Shown here: one piece after another, positions 40,201 through 55,300 of the stretch
Layout: every line of letters begins with the position of its first letter
How positions within the stretch are numbered: the first letter of the stretch is position 1
Source of the DNA: Tubiluchus corallicola
Lineage: Eukaryota; Animalia; Priapulida
DNA: 64,000 nucleotides
NCBI GenBank assembly: GCA_030141605.1
Contig: JAQGDQ010000036.1
Coordinates: 124,001-188,000, forward strand
Reading direction: 5' to 3'
Position numbers and translations under genes: made by a program
The notes under the pieces: model-generated
Told to the model about the DNA's origin: nothing
The model's database searches: none
The model's input: only the letters and a program-made list of their open reading frames with translations

Positions 40201-43200
40201 CTATGAGGTCAACACTTAAACACTCGCCAACAGCTCAAAATGCAGGCAGCCATATCGAAATTTTGGATTTTTAGGTAGTTAAGATGTGTGGAAAAGAGCC
40301 CAGTAAAACATTAGTTTTACTATTTTAAGCAACGCAGTGGAATCATTCAAGTCAATTCACCTGGATTTTTAAAAACTTCCCAGGTGACCATCTCAGATTC
40401 TTCCATAGCACAATAACATTGTAAAATATTTTGATCAAGCTAGTATACCAAGAATGATGATCCAGAATTGATGTACGACAAGCAGCAAATGACAGCATGG
40501 AAATTAGGAGCTGTAATCTCAGTATGCCATGGTTGCTGTAATGTCATGTGTTCAGCCTCATTAATAGTCACCACCTGGTTGCATGCATAGGCTGCTGAAT
40601 AAATATTAAGGTCAAGTTTCTACTTACCATTAAGCATTAAAAATGCAGTTAATTACCATGGAGAAATTAAGCATCACAAACACAGTTAATTTAGAAATTA
40701 TTAGGTGATTTACCGCCTGTTTCTTACGCAAGAAAAAAACAAGAGTTAATTTATAACTTGCACTAATCACAGGTTAGACTCTGCAAAATTCAGCAATTGA
40801 TCACATTAATCACGCTAAAATTTATTCACTATGCGTCGAAATAATTACGTAAACACAATAACGTAATTCAGATTAGGTTCCTTGTTAACATTTCTAATTA
40901 AACTAAACATACTTAGCTAGATATGTACATACTTGTTGTAACTTAAATGAATAAACTAACGAAATTTCATTTTTTGCTTATTTTGAATGACAGATCCCTA
41001 ATATCGTAATAATAGGTCTATAAAAAATAGAAGGAAGTTCTACTTAAAGCTGAAAACTGGGCGAAAAGTGGACACATTTGTGTAACTTGTAATGTAAAAA
41101 TTTCAGCGGTTTCAGTAGTAGTCAACATAGTGAAATACCTCTTAGACTGAAAGCCATTTTTCTTCATTCTGGAAGCGTTTTAGGCACTCATAATTTGCTC
41201 ACCTGTGCAGTTACTCAACTACAAATGTAACAGTGGACTAAGTGTCACTTAGTTAACACATGATTATAAAAATATAAAACTAATCAGCTTCTTTGCTTCT
41301 ATGCTGTGGCTTCTGAAAATCTGTAAATTGCAATCCGCGATGACAAAATTTGAGTTTTCGAAGGGATGTATCTGAAAACCAAATAAGATGAAAGTATTCT
41401 GACACTTCCAACGTAATGCTCTGGTGATGTCTGCCCATAATGCACAATTTTAGCTCCATACAACATTCATTTTTAAGGGTATGGAAGCTCGAACATGCTA
41501 AAAAACGTAAATCGAGCACTCACGACTAAAAATAAACGGCGTTAAAAAAATTAATCAGTTAAGAACATGGAGTTGGGCTCACATAGTTTTAAAAAACTAA
41601 TTAGTGAAGAATTATTGGGCTCCAACGTTTTGCATGTGCTCATTACAGGCACTGAGGAATTTTTGAAATTTTCAAGAAAAACTGAGGGCACCTGGGGACG
41701 ACTCGATAATTTGCCACGGACTGACCCATTTTGTAGATGTAGATACCCAAAAACTAAAAACTAGCTACTTTGTTCTACCCAACATATAAAAACCAGCTAT
41801 TCTAGTTTCAGCAACGACATTTTAACAGAATTTCTTCTCGTTAAAATTTCCTATAAAACAATAACCACCTATTACTTATTTGTAATTTACGAATGTAATT
41901 AACGCACTAACGTACTTTCGCCATAGATCTGCTGGCATTTCAACAAGCACGAAAGCTAAACCTTGTAAATTGATATTTTTACGATTTACAACAACAGCAG
42001 CTTGTATAGCAACAATTTCATTCAAATCGTGAGAGAAAAGACACTAAGAACTAAGAGAAACGTTTGACAGGCCAGTGTTAAGTTTTCAGCGCCGTATACG
42101 AGTGATTACTGACACCTCATGTCTTGATTGTCTCCCGCCACAAGACAATTTTATTACTGACAATATATCAAGTTGATACTCTGCTCTGGACACACTTGAG
42201 CACGTGTTAATATAACATTCTAAAAGTGAGACTATAAATTATGTTTCGCGTGTAAAACTATAAATTTTAAAACATGAGCTGACAGGGAGAAAAACAGAAA
42301 ACCCACCACATAATTCATATTAAACAAAAACGAACAAGACAGACACGACATAAAACTATAGAAAGTGATACAAAATATTTTATAATTTTCTTCAACATTA
42401 TCACTTTCTTATTTTATGCCACGTTACATTTCCTCATTATATAAATTTCTGCGATCAGCTGAACGGTAGCAAAATGACTCGATTTGAGTTTCGCGTAAAA
42501 GTACAGATAAAATATGGATCATTAATAATCCGTGTTGTATACTGTAGAAACCAATGTTTATCTGTCAAACCAATACATAACAAAGTCCACGTTACTTCTA
42601 CGCTGCAGCCTGCCTACATAATTCTGTGATTTACAGCTGAGTCTAAATAGCTATTCCATTAGTTCAGACAACTTTGTGTATATCTTCCATCTCGCACGCG
42701 GCAATTTATGATTAGGCTATGCTTAAGCTTCACCGACGGGTAAAATTGGGGTTGTGTTTACATGAGAGCAAGCTTTCTCCTAGGCGAAATGACAGTTTAC
42801 GCGCCGATAATAATACTTTCACAGTCAAATTATAAATTTACCAGTCAATTTTACAAGATAAATAGTTTCTTAGGCATACGAGAAAACCCGAAAACCAGAA
42901 GCTGTAATGCCTTCTAAATTCTTTAAATAAAAAATACACTTAGGTCTGTCGTCCATCTTTCTTACAGTAACATATACTTAGACGAGACAATCCTAATTTT
43001 GTTTCTGTAATTTCTTTTATTAGCTCCTCGTATTTTCCCACCACATAAATGCTCATAAAATGATTGAACGGTTCAAGCTTACTTGTCTGCTGAGAATAAA
43101 GCTTTGACGCAGAAAGACTAGTAGTCTATTTATTTATTTATACAACAGGAACATTTACATTAGCGAAACAGATGCCAACAAATAGGCTAATATGTCAGAT

Positions 43201-43989
43201 ACAGATGATTGGTGAAAATTCAACTATATTACTGCAGCTGAGGTGAACCCAGATGAACGTTTTAAGATTACACAAGTAGGATGTGATCCAAATCAATAGT
43301 ATGCACAGTGTTAAAAATGATTAGGTTGGCCTCTTACAGTCAGGTACATCTTTTAGCAGTTTTTTAAGCACAGTAAAAAATATTCATCTCTTTTTAAGGC
43401 AAGTCACATTACTTTTGGGAACCAAGATTAGTAAATGGATTTATGATGGAATATAAAATGTTTTTAGCTGAGTCCTATACTGGCTAACATTTCCTTCCAT
43501 TTTGTGTCATCTGAGTGGGCTATTCTTAATGGTGAGATATAGCCATATAGGTTCCATCGTCTACATAAAATAGGCCCTGCCCACAGGTATTCAGTTTGCA
43601 GAACTGCATAAAAAACACTCCTCCAGTTCTTTATAGATACTTTCATAGTTATAAACGAACGTCAATTGTGAGCCGGAACCAGACTTGCATAATCACATTA
43701 TAACTCGTTTAATTATTAAACAGGTTGAACTTGATCGCAACAGCATCAATTAGTGCTGCTAGCCGTGCAATATGGGATGAGATTAAATCTGTCATGTTCT
43801 GAGTGACAGGTACAGGTGTTCAACACCTTAAACATGATGGATGAGGAATGCAGGCATGTGTGACTTATCAACTCCTGTCCATCAAGATTTCATGTAAGCA
43901 GTGCATGCACAAACATCCAACAATTATTCACCATAACACCAAAGTTGTTTCCAATAAATTAAGATGATTTACTGATGGCAGATAACATG

Positions 43990-44180
43990 TTGAAAATGTC
44001 AAAATGATAATGACAACAACGTGAAGGCAATAGCACCAAGTGTTATACTGTAGCTAACAATGATAATACTGATAAAAATGACGTGGCGGACAAACATGAT
44101 TACAGTACTGATGATGATCATGATGACAATGATAATAACGGTGATGATAATGATACTGACGATGTTATAGCAATAATAAG
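43990..44180. repeat. Degenerate (GAT/AAT/GAC)n low-complexity tract
   Basis: Repeated TGATAA/TGATGA/TGACAA units; explains the hydrophobic 43999..44187 ORF. Confidence 0.75.
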
Positions 44181-45176
44181 TCAACAAAATCAGAGTATAA
44201 ACAGAAATGCAGAGTTTGCTACTCTCTGAAATAATTAGACTAAGCTAGCTTGAAATTATTCATAAATAAGTTACACTGGGCTTACAATGTTTAGTACAAT
44301 GTGCACGTGATAGAGATGGTGGATTTAAACAGCTGATCCCACACACGTTTCCTTTTAAAGTTCTGTTGCTCACTTGCTCACATCACACACACCAACAGAC
44401 ATTTATAATTTACCTTCCAACCTCCAATTCTATCAACACTAAAATTTTACTGATGATAGCTGCATTAAGGCGCACAACTGAACGAGAAACAAGACGTGGA
44501 GTGGATAGAACACATCATGGTGTTTAGACTGCTTATCACGTTGCGCGCGTCTGAGCAAAACATTGTTTACATCTTTGAAGATATTTTTGTTATTCCAACT
44601 TTAAACATAAAAAAGGACAATAAAATACTATAAAATAATTTTTATTTGCAGAAAAAACATATTGTCACTGGTGTGAGAAAACTCAAATTTGGCAAGAATT
44701 TCGGCGGAGAAACTAGTACAGAATGTTTTACTAGTGCAATTTATATTATATTTAGATAAGTGTGGGTCAGATAATTTTAAAAGATTTTTAAAACATTATT
44801 GTCTAGAAGAGCTAATTTTAACGTCCAGTTATCAGAATAGGGAGTAAGTTCAAATTGTAGATTAGAAATTAGTAAGAAATGCAAAGTTTAGCTCTGTTTT
44901 AAGCTAATTCTTTAGAACGTAAGTAGTAGTTATTTAATGAATTTGATATTGAAGGGGGTGAAGCTGCAGAAACCAACACATATACCAACTACCATACCAT
45001 CATAATTTCTTTGTTCCATGCTTCAAAGGCATCCGCACAATGTAGTCATTGAAAAGCGTTTCTCCCAACTTTCTACTCAAGATATAATACACATTTTGTC
45101 ACCGTCAATTCTTGCATAAAACCAGTTACTTTGGGGCTCTTGAAAGGTTAGCGGCGCCAATTAGACACACAGCCTA

Positions 45177-45485
45177 GCTTTACTAACTATGCAAGCATGC
45201 GAGGCTGCAAGTTTCCAACACCATTGCGAACAGGAGGATTGAATTTCTTTCAATGGCTATACACCATGAAAACATGCTTTTAACGCTCTTGCTTTACACC
45301 TAAGACAGCTTGCTAACAAAATATGCATCATTTGCCTAAAACCCAGCATTACAAATAACCGTGCATCACAGATGTTTTGGATTACACAGTTAGCATGAAA
45401 ACATTTTTTGCGATTCACAAAGCTTGCACAAGTCGTTCTCACACAACGTGTCTTGCAAGCTTGCATGCTAAAAATTAGTAAACCA
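45177..45485. mobile_element. Possible degenerate MITE with TTTACTAA..ATGCAAGC inverted ends
   Basis: Left GCTTTACTAACTATGCAAGC versus reverse complement of the right end GGTTTTACTAATTTTAGCATGCAAGC; internal GCAAG/CTTGC repeats. Confidence 0.4.
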
Positions 45486-48400
45486 AATTATCCATTTTTC
45501 TTCCTAAATAAATACGCCAAAAATTATATAGTGATTATTACCGTTGAACTGCAAGCTAATATTCTTTCACGCACTAAAAAGGCGTTTATCCGGCAAAAAA
45601 CAGAAATATCTGTCTCACTGTTTAAAAGTCACATTCTGTATTGATAGTTTTATATCATTATTAATTAATATCCTTGAACTGCTCTGCCTACTGACCCTAC
45701 TGCAAATTATGTGGCAACATTGTCGCAACTCATAAAGCAACATTTTTCACAACTGGAGTATAACAGACACGTGAAAATAATTAAGATGAACCAAACATCT
45801 AATACGAATTCATAAAATGACGAAGCTTTCCCAAACCACATTTTCAATTAATTATTGAGAACAAACCAAGCAGGCAGCTGTTCAAAATGTACAATCGATT
45901 AAGAAATTCAGTCTGGTGAGCATTTTCCTCCTGTATTCAATCTTCATTTTATTCACTATTCACTGACAAGTACGCATGCATGCAAATCAATTATAAAAGC
46001 TAGGCTAGGAGCAACGAAACGACGAAAAAACCTGATTCTACTTTCTAATGAGCAAAAAATCAGACATCGGCGTGTTCAAAGTTAATGTGACTACCAACTC
46101 TAAAGTAAGGAAGTACAATAAATTTTCAGCCAATTTTCTGCCAGCTCTTGGTTTCAGGCGTCTGACATTAACCACACCGTTGCATACTTACCGCCAGATT
46201 TATGGCCCTCCTGCACCATCCAAGTGAATCAGTGAGTAAAAAGCTACCACTGTAGTGCTCGCGATGAGTAGCAAGAGAACTACAGTAATAAAACTGCTAC
46301 ATGCCATTGCACATGGAAGACAGCCCTTTTTTGCAACTTATATGTACTTTACAACAACTGCCATTTCCTCGCACAAAACAAGTGAAGGCAGGAATTACTG
46401 GTTAAAATATCAGCCAGTTAACTACAAAATTGCTAAAAATTTGCACTTTTTAGATATTTCAAAAATTTTAAAATGTTTAACTGGCTAGCAACGTCATTAC
46501 ATTAATAATAATCAAAATTTTCTTGACAGATCACAAACCTCATATATCATATCAAATGTCTTGATTTTACCTAATTAATTGCAAGCGACGATAATTGATA
46601 AATTTCACAGTGACTAGAAGAATGATAAATATGAAGTAATAAATGGCTAGGCAGTTTCCTATCCTTCATAGTCAGATAAACGATCTCGTGGGAGACATTT
46701 TCCCTTCATACGACAAATGCTAAACGAGAAACTAGCTTAATCCTTACAAACCATCTCAGTCATCCCAAGAAAAGAAGAGCGAAGTATTTTTCGTAAGATG
46801 GTTTCCTTTAGCATGGCCCACTGTCTTATACTGATGTGTATGTACAAGCGCGACAGGCAATATCTCAAATGTGTTAAATTGGGAGACGTCTGACACCAGC
46901 TCATGAAGGCAGGCGTGGAGGTTAGCTGCTAAAGTTGTCTAAAAATGAGAGACACTTAATACGCCGAGCTATTTAACAGATAGGTAACAGAAAAAAACGG
47001 TTGATCATCTCAGATTCGTCTATAAATATTCCACGTTAGCATGCGTCACGTAATTTATAATCTCATCAATCTGGAATACAGACATTAAAACAAAGCTTAT
47101 ACATCTCGAGTACAGTATCTTAACTAGGATAACCCTAGAAGTATTAATTAATTGTGTTCATAATTACATGTAATCGATTAATTACTTTCCTAAAAACTCA
47201 CAGACATCTGACAAGTGGCAACATCATATACACAACCAAGAACGACAGAACTTAATACGGAAAAATTGGTAAATCTTAAAATCACGTGTTTTAAGCGGCA
47301 TAGAAATAAACAAACGTCAACACCTAAACAGACAACATTGGTGGCTTACGCTTCTATATACCACGCCTACACGGCTTAACCCTAGTAAAAAACATTTCAG
47401 CAATATTTTTCACGTAATTTACCGAACATGTTCAGTCGAAAAATGTGGCAAAGTTAGTCTTTCAGACTATCATCACGCCAGCAATGTGATTAATGACAGC
47501 GAATGCCAACCATTTTCAACTTAGGCTACAGCTTTGGCAGCTAATAATCCTAATGTAAGCTGCTAACTGAGAATTGTATAAAAAACCAAACAAGAATCCA
47601 CAACCAGAGAAAACAACTATAAAACCATCAGCTGCAACGGATACAGCAAACTGCGTGGACGTTAAAGAACATGTCCACAAAAACTAAATGATTATGAAAC
47701 GGAATGTTAAATTGGAAAATAATCTGACACACCTGAAAGTTAATTAATAATCTGAGAAATTCGACAAAGAAAGCTTGCTTGCATAAAATTAGGCAGTGGA
47801 ACACAATACACGGGTGAGTGAAAAATGATGGCAGAGGCGATTAAGTGTCTGCCAAGGTGCGTTACTCAATACACCTCTCACGTTTCCAGTCACCAAGAAA
47901 AATGACTGCTCGCAATTCAATGCTATGCCGCAACAATACCAGTTTAACGCAAAACCATACAATGTTTAGGAATGGTCATTTATCATCATGAATATATCTA
48001 GACAGCGAATGTTTGTTAGCCATCACCATGCTAACGGAATGGACCTTACAGCAACTTGAATTTTTGGCAATGATGATATTGTTACGTAAGCAAAACACAT
48101 CCTGGCAGCGAAAAATGGGAGAGACGGAGGGGGGTATTAACGGCCAGTAACTGCAAATTTGCAACCTTTCCACGAGGCATTCCCAATTTCATATAACACA
48201 TCAAATCTTGTTTGTAAACTAGACGCTAATAAATAACGCAAAAACGCTTCTTTTCTATCAGCTGTCATTTCTTGCTGATGCACCCACAGCTCATTGATCA
48301 TTATCAGGGAAAACAGTTAGCTTATCCTCGCCCGGCTACTTGGGGAATATTGTATTTTAACTGAAAAAAATAAGATAAATCGCACTAACTGTCTACCCCA

Positions 48401-49203
48401 CTTTCAACAGTTGCTAAAGTTACTTTCACTACGTAGACATAGAAGCAACTTCGCTGCGGGTGCTGAGGTTGCGGGTGCGAGAAGGTCGCGGGACCAACGT
48501 ACAGGTTGCTAATACTACGGACACCGAGGAACGTCAAATATGGTGCATGTCAAAATACTGTTTCAGGTTTCAATTTTGTGTCATAAGGTACACAGTTTCG
48601 GTAAAGTTTCTTAAATTGGATTTCGTATTAGATCGTTCCAACAACTTTACAACAGTTAGAAATGTAAATAAAATTTACATCTACTCGCGATTGCATCATG
48701 GCCCTATGCGATCTGCAAAAACTTGTAGTCGCTATCTTTACTGCTTAAACGCCAAAAAATCCATGTTTGGGAAACCATTATTATGTCTCTCACCGAATGT
48801 GCTTTTCCCCACAACTTGCGTATACTCCCAAGAAGCGCTCAATGATTTTGTACAGGTACCGCGCCACGTGAAAATTTTGCGATTAGGATAATTATTAAGG
48901 CTCAAGCGATTAAAGTTATCAGATAATGTATCAGCGAGTATATTGTCATCGGTAAGTACAGTATATATAGTATATTTGGTTAGGCTGATTTAAAAAAAGA
49001 TCCTTAATACCATATAATTACACAATGACTATAATCACTAATGCATGATGAAAAAGACTGGAGGATATAAATTTTCAAAAAAATATGTATTTGTGAAATA
49101 TTTTGGACAACATTCAATAATTAGGTCTATCTAGATTAAATGTTTGCTTTGATACTTTACTTATTAATTTATTGCATATTATGATTTAGACGGGTTCTGT
49201 TAA

Positions 49204-50040
49204 CAGGGCCGGTCCTACCATTTGGCAAACTTGGCAGCCGCCTTGGACGCAAGCCCCTGAAGGGCGCAAAATTGAATGCTAAAGAATCACAGCATTATAA
49301 GAATTAGCACAAAAACTGCAACAGAAAAGGCATGCAAAGTGACTGAAATTGAAACCTGCATGGGGCGCGTTTTAACTCTGCAGACTTTTTGGTTTTTTAA
49401 TCTTCCGATGCCTGGAATGTTTCCAGCTCAGCAACTAAAACTTGTTTCTCCTTGCGTCTCTAAAGCTTATAGCTCAAACCAAGAACAGTTTTGTTTATCT
49501 GTAAGTTTAATTTGCAAGTTAAGTGTGGCAAAATTCTTAATTATTAGTAATAAAATAATAACCCCATTCAACAACAGGCATAAATGGACTAGTCATAAGC
49601 TATGTTAGATGACTACTAGTCATAAAAAACTGAACTACTAACTTGTGAAGCCCCAAATCATCAAATAACGGATGTAATTGGAAGACCGACGCTGGTAGAC
49701 TCAGAGGAACGACAAAGCATACGATATGCTTGACGGACTGAGCAACCGAGCGCCTAAATAACTGACTGAATGAATGCATAAATAACTGACTGAATGAATG
49801 CATAAATGCAATGAACATACGGATATGTAAACGTATCAACCTTTGAACTAACCGATCAATCAGTTAAATAAAGATGACTAACTCAACACTGACTTACCAA
49901 CCGATCATTTTTCATCAACTAATGGTAAAGCCTAATTAACTTTGAACACTGATTATATAATAATAACAGATTGAAAGACAAACCCTATATATAATTATTA
50001 AGGGCGCTTTACCATAATTTTTGTCTTGGTGACGGTTACA
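49204..50040. mobile_element. Probable degenerate hAT-type MITE (CAGGGCCGG terminus; right end eroded)
   Basis: Left end CAGGGCCGGTCCT..GGGCGC resembles the 62129 MITE terminus; a second AAGGGCGC near 50000; no right TIR or TSD found. Confidence 0.45.
49755..49807. repeat. 24-bp tandem duplication TAAATAACTGACTGAATGAATGCA
   Basis: Two perfect copies plus a partial third. Confidence 0.9.
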
Positions 50041-50972
50041 GTACAAAAATCACGACCAAATTTCAAATTATCAAAACCTAAAAAGTTCTGAACCTTATAA
50101 AGTTTGCAAGGAAACCCAGGCCTACAATACAGTAGATACGCTTGAAGCTGTGTTTTAAAAACAATCTTTCATAAGTATTCAATTTCGAATATATAGGTAA
50201 TCATTAACACATTAATAAATCAGAAACTTCAAAATTGACGTTTGCAAGGGATGAATAATGGTGAGGGTTCTGGGAAGCCAATTTCGCTGGGAATATACCA
50301 CACTACAGCTTCACATTTGCTAGGAAAAAGACTTAGCTCCTGGGCAGACATAAACATCCGCAGAGGTTACCGTATTACTATTGTAAATCTTTGGTGTTTG
50401 GTCACCCTCATGCACGTTATCCAACAGTGACGTAACGTGACGCATTAAAATAAATTGCTCCAACCAGTTAAAGATCATTGACATTTGACATGTTGCAAAT
50501 ATGTGGGCTTAATTAAGATGATTCTGAAATCTCTATAAACTAGGTCAACCGAACTATTGCAACATTGACATGAAAGAATATTACAACACATTTACAAGTG
50601 ATATCAGAAAACTCAGAAAAAGTAAACGATTATTTAATGAATACTTTAAACAGTTTGAGGCAAGTTGAAGTGAATCAAACATAAATGACCATTAAGTTTG
50701 TTAAATAAACCCTTAGTAAAAATAGCAACTTATTCAAATTTTCAAATTGAAAAGGGGAACAAATATGAAAGTTTCGGCTTCGTTTTCGGCTAATGTTACT
50801 TCTGATTTGTGCCTACTACAGTGATTCTTGACATTATAGATATATACATTTAATATATCTTTCATTTAAATTAAATTTTAAGCTCTAACTGGAGTAGATT
50901 TTGGTTTTGAACAACAAGCAACCACTACATACTAGAAACATTATCTCAAGATTTAAATGTGAGCCGTTATAA

Positions 50973-50996
50973 TGTGTGTGTGTGTGTGTGTGTGTG
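50973..50996. repeat. (TG)12 microsatellite
   Basis: Directly visible. Confidence 0.95.
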
Positions 50997-52099
50997 CAAC
51001 TTTTTGTCACAATAATTATCTAGCTACTATTAATACTACATAGCAGCCTAAAATCTATAAAAATACGAGCGAAGCGACATGCTAACCAGTCGCATAATCA
51101 GTTAGTGGCAACAAGGCCCCGCCTCTTCCCACCCCATTACTGATTATGTAACATTGTATATTCTTCTTCACGCAACTTCTGTCACTTGATAAATAGCTAT
51201 GGGACATCAATTTGTTTCAGTTCCTTATCCTTCTATAGGCTTCTCGGCAAAATCTCATTAAGACACACCCACACAAATATGCACTCCCGCAAGCGTAACT
51301 TATAAATGTACGTTAATCAAAATTCTATTCAATGATCTCTCTTTCGTTTGTAATTTCATTGTATTTATTTTTCAGTTGAAGCTTTTTTATAGCAGATAAC
51401 ACTTCGCTGTTTTCCAGCGAATAAAATTTGACCGTTTTCCAGTGAATTTTTGCTTTCAAAATTAAAATTACTAACAATAAACATTTTGTATACTATGTAT
51501 ATCAGGCGATAAAAACAAAATTACCGCCTCAACAGCAAAAAATGGGAAAAGGGAATTGGAAATTCCTATAAAATATACTACAGAGGCATAAACTATATGT
51601 CAAGTGGAGCACAAAAGTGCGAAGTTTTGATCATGATATCATAAGAATCACTTGAAAATACCCACACTGCTGTTACAGACGTGTGTGTATAAACACCAAA
51701 AATTTTACTCAAGTTTTAAAACAAGTCAAAAAATAATTTACATTTTCAGTGCAAAGTAGACGAAGGCGTTTCCTGATTTTCCTCCAACAGCTGACAGAGT
51801 TTCTCACTGTTTAAGGTGTGTTTGCTTCCAGCATTCAACAATTTTTGCATTTAGTTCTACACTAACTGGCTTTGTACACTATCTCTTTGTACAGCGACCA
51901 CCGCTCACTTTCCCTTTAAGGAAATGCCCGATTCCGTAATCCAGAGGATTAAGTCACACTTTTTCTTATCAACAAATCTTTATAAGTGCTTCATTTTCTC
52001 TGGTGATGACCATGATGCAAAGTGGTTGACTCCTTTATCGTTTTGCTCAATTTGTCGAGTATTTTACACGTCACTGAACGTGGCTGTTTTTCAGTTGAA

Positions 52100-52310
52100 G
52101 ATCAGCTGACATTGTTCTGGCATTTAATTTTTTAACATGCAAAAGTTTTCGGTCATAACTTAAGAACCGCTAAGACTATAAACTTGTAACTGTCACAGCT
52201 AAAAGCGAATGCATTGGAATATCATGCTGTGAAATTTGAACTTTGTAGGGCAGTTGATTTTAATAGTATTGCAGTCTAAACTTCGGCACATTTTTTCTGC
52301 ACCACCCAAT
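52100..52310. mobile_element. Possible Tc1/mariner-type non-autonomous element end
   Basis: Ends in TTTTTTCTGCACCACCCAAT, resembling mariner-type ATTGGGTG.. termini; partner TIR not found. Confidence 0.25.
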
Positions 52311-55300
52311 TTATATCTCTATAGCAATTAAACAAACAAAAAAGGCTAATGAGTGACTCGTGTAAATAGTCCTTGACGTAATACCTTAAATATTTTGCGA
52401 CCCTATACGTTTCTAGAATGTAGTACAATTTCAAACTATAAGACAAGCAAGACACCTGAAAAGAAGGGCAAAACGGAGCTGGCGAAGAAACGACACTGAA
52501 CAGACATATATCACAGCCTGAAGGCAGGCGTTAGCTACAATACGGGCTAAAGATCACAAACGTATTGAAGATCACTTTGTTATCAGGAAAGCAGCCTGGT
52601 GTGTCAGTGCAATGAATAATTACTTAGGTTTTTAAAAGCTCGTACTGTTGGTTAAGGCTATTTTGCGTTACTTACACGACAAAAAAAACCACATTTTTCT
52701 GGCCATTATTTTCAAAATTTGCTGTGTTTGTGCCATAGTACGTATTTAGTCACATACGCCGACAAAACAAGATACTATGCGTTCAAGTAGCAACATCATT
52801 TAGTATAACAAACTTATGTGAAGAGAAACCTACTTCAAAGCTATACAGTGAAGGTAGTTTCATCCATACTAAGTTTGGTTTTAGATTTTGAAAATTTTAT
52901 TTGCTCAAAGGTTCAATAAAGTTTAAAGAGAACAGAGAATTAAAAACTAATCTAGAATAAATTAGTAAATATAACATAAAGAAAAGACAATTTTTCGATG
53001 ACACGAAACAAAATTTTTGTATAGCGCGAAATTATAAAATGTGAGGCACAAGCGTACGATATAAAACGTATATGTTTTTCTACATAAAGTACCATTATTA
53101 TACATTTTTCCTATGGTGCAAAAACGAAAAGGGTACATAAACAAATCTATTTTGCACTGTAATTTGTATAGAGATTTCAACCTTCCTACCTGCTAAAACA
53201 CACACAGTCTTCAGTGTCCCCTGTTCACAGTTTAAAATAGCCAACCGAAATTTTTATTTAACAAAAGTAAAAGTTTCCTGATCAAATTTAGCAATTTTGG
53301 TCACGCATCAAGCGTCCTACTGGCAAAAATACCACAATCAGCACTTTTCACAGTAAAATAACACAGGAATTTATTTATGAGCAAATTCATTATACATTAT
53401 AATAAGGTTATATATTATTCTAACTAAAGTACATACAGCCCAAACTAAACACTCTCGTCACGATATCACTGGGAAGCCGGACAAGCAAGAATTTTATTAG
53501 CTTGTAATTAAACGGTTTAAATGATTAATGCCCTGCCACTAAGCACCCTTAATTAATATTTTAAACACAGATTACAAAATCGATTACAGTTAAATGACAG
53601 CACCCATCTTGTACAAAACACATAGAACAACTGGTACAATCCTTTACAAAAGACAAAGTTTTAAAAGTACTTAAGGCTATATATGGGCAGAAATTAAAGC
53701 AATGATGCGTCACTGCAGACAAGTTCTGAATTGCAATTGAGATGGTAATGATAACACTTAATTCAGTATTTTAGTTCCTACAAATGGAATAATTTACCTA
53801 GTGTTTAGCTACGTTAAAATCAAATTTAAAGTTGACATTTTAACTGCCAAAGTACTTGGTTTTAAAGATTTAAAATTCCAAAACGGAAGCAATTTTTTCC
53901 ACATTTATGCTCGACATAGATCTGTTTGATGACTACAAAATTTACAAGAATGGTCGATTAATGTTAATTAAGATTAATAATAATGGCGTCGTGGTAGGCA
54001 TTAATTATACCCTATCTGATTACTAAGTTATTCAACTGTCTTAACGGCATACTCTGAACACTTTGGGAAAATCTCAACTCAAAAAGAGTTCATCAAACTT
54101 GCACCTACAAGAGAGAATAATGTCAGCCACTGTATGGGGTAGGAATTTCACCACTAAAACCACAGCCGGTTCTCTCTTGTGGCTAAGATATGGCATTGTT
54201 AAGAAGTGGTAGGGGCTGGAACATCTCAGGAAGGGCCCGTATGTCAGCGAACAATAGAAAACATGATTACATAGGTAACGGACACGCGATTATAATGGCT
54301 GAGTGCAAGCGGCATAACTATACACCTCACTTCATTAAGTAACAATATAAGAATCTCACAGGCTTGCCAGTCTAGGTGTACACATAATAAAAACAGTTAG
54401 CTGTTTTATAGTGTAATAAATTGCCATAACATATTAGATTTAAAGGTGTTAATCTAATCAAATATGCAGCGACTGCAATGTACATAAAAATAAATAGATC
54501 CTAAGTGATCAATAAATATCTTGCTACCTTATTTGAATTAGGCATTCATTAGCCATATCAACTGTTATGTACAGTTAATGTTAGCATGTTCAGCATAGCG
54601 ATTATTTTTCAATATCCTATTTTCAAATCCGATTTACTAGTTCATGCATTTTTTTGGTCATTTTTAAATGTACAAATGTGATATGGAAAGAGTTTGTCTT
54701 TCTAATTTATATTTCTTGTTTATTGATAAATTAGAAAAATAAGGTTTTAAGACCTAATAAAACTGGCGCACTTATTTGTCCTGTCAATAAAATTTCAGTA
54801 TAGAAGTCTGATGATGTCCTGCATAAACAAAACGGTCAGATAACAAGTTGACGCAGATGTCGGCTGGAGAGTCGGGTTTCTTCACTCTCTGGCAGTATCC
54901 TGCTGATTCGGCAGGTTGAATGTCGGTTATATCTCAGTAAGGATTCTTTCCAAGTTTTTAGTAAAGAAATACTTTACATGAAATATTAGAATTAAAATAA
55001 GCAATGCGACTGTGGGAATTTACCCCGGAAAAACAGCAGCTAGGCTCGGGTTAATTAGTAACGTGTAATACAACTAAAACAAACAATTTCGTATACGAAA
55101 AAGGGGAGCTATCCATACTGTGGGTCAAACTGATCGTTCAGATACATATAGCAGTGGAATACTTATGTCAACAATCTAGTAAATGTTTTACTGAAAACTG
55201 TTCGTTTTGTTATGCCAAAAACGGTAATAACAAGCCATCACCCACGTATACTGCCTCAAATTATAATTACAATTACTTTACAGAACTTTAGGTTGCCTGA

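Noticed and set aside
43999-44187. Ile/Val-rich membrane-like ORF
   Set aside because: Translation of a degenerate trinucleotide repeat.
48460-48891. 143-aa ORF
   Set aside because: Non-ATG start, no motif; begins in GCGGG repeats that look like a transposon remnant.
52508-52532. TATCACAGCC, miR-2-like 5' end
   Set aside because: No upstream complementary arm.
54805-54860. CTGATGA motifs (also 62077, 62116) as hammerhead ribozyme or C/D snoRNA cores
   Set aside because: No flanking stems with a matching GAAA, and no convincing D box with terminal stem.
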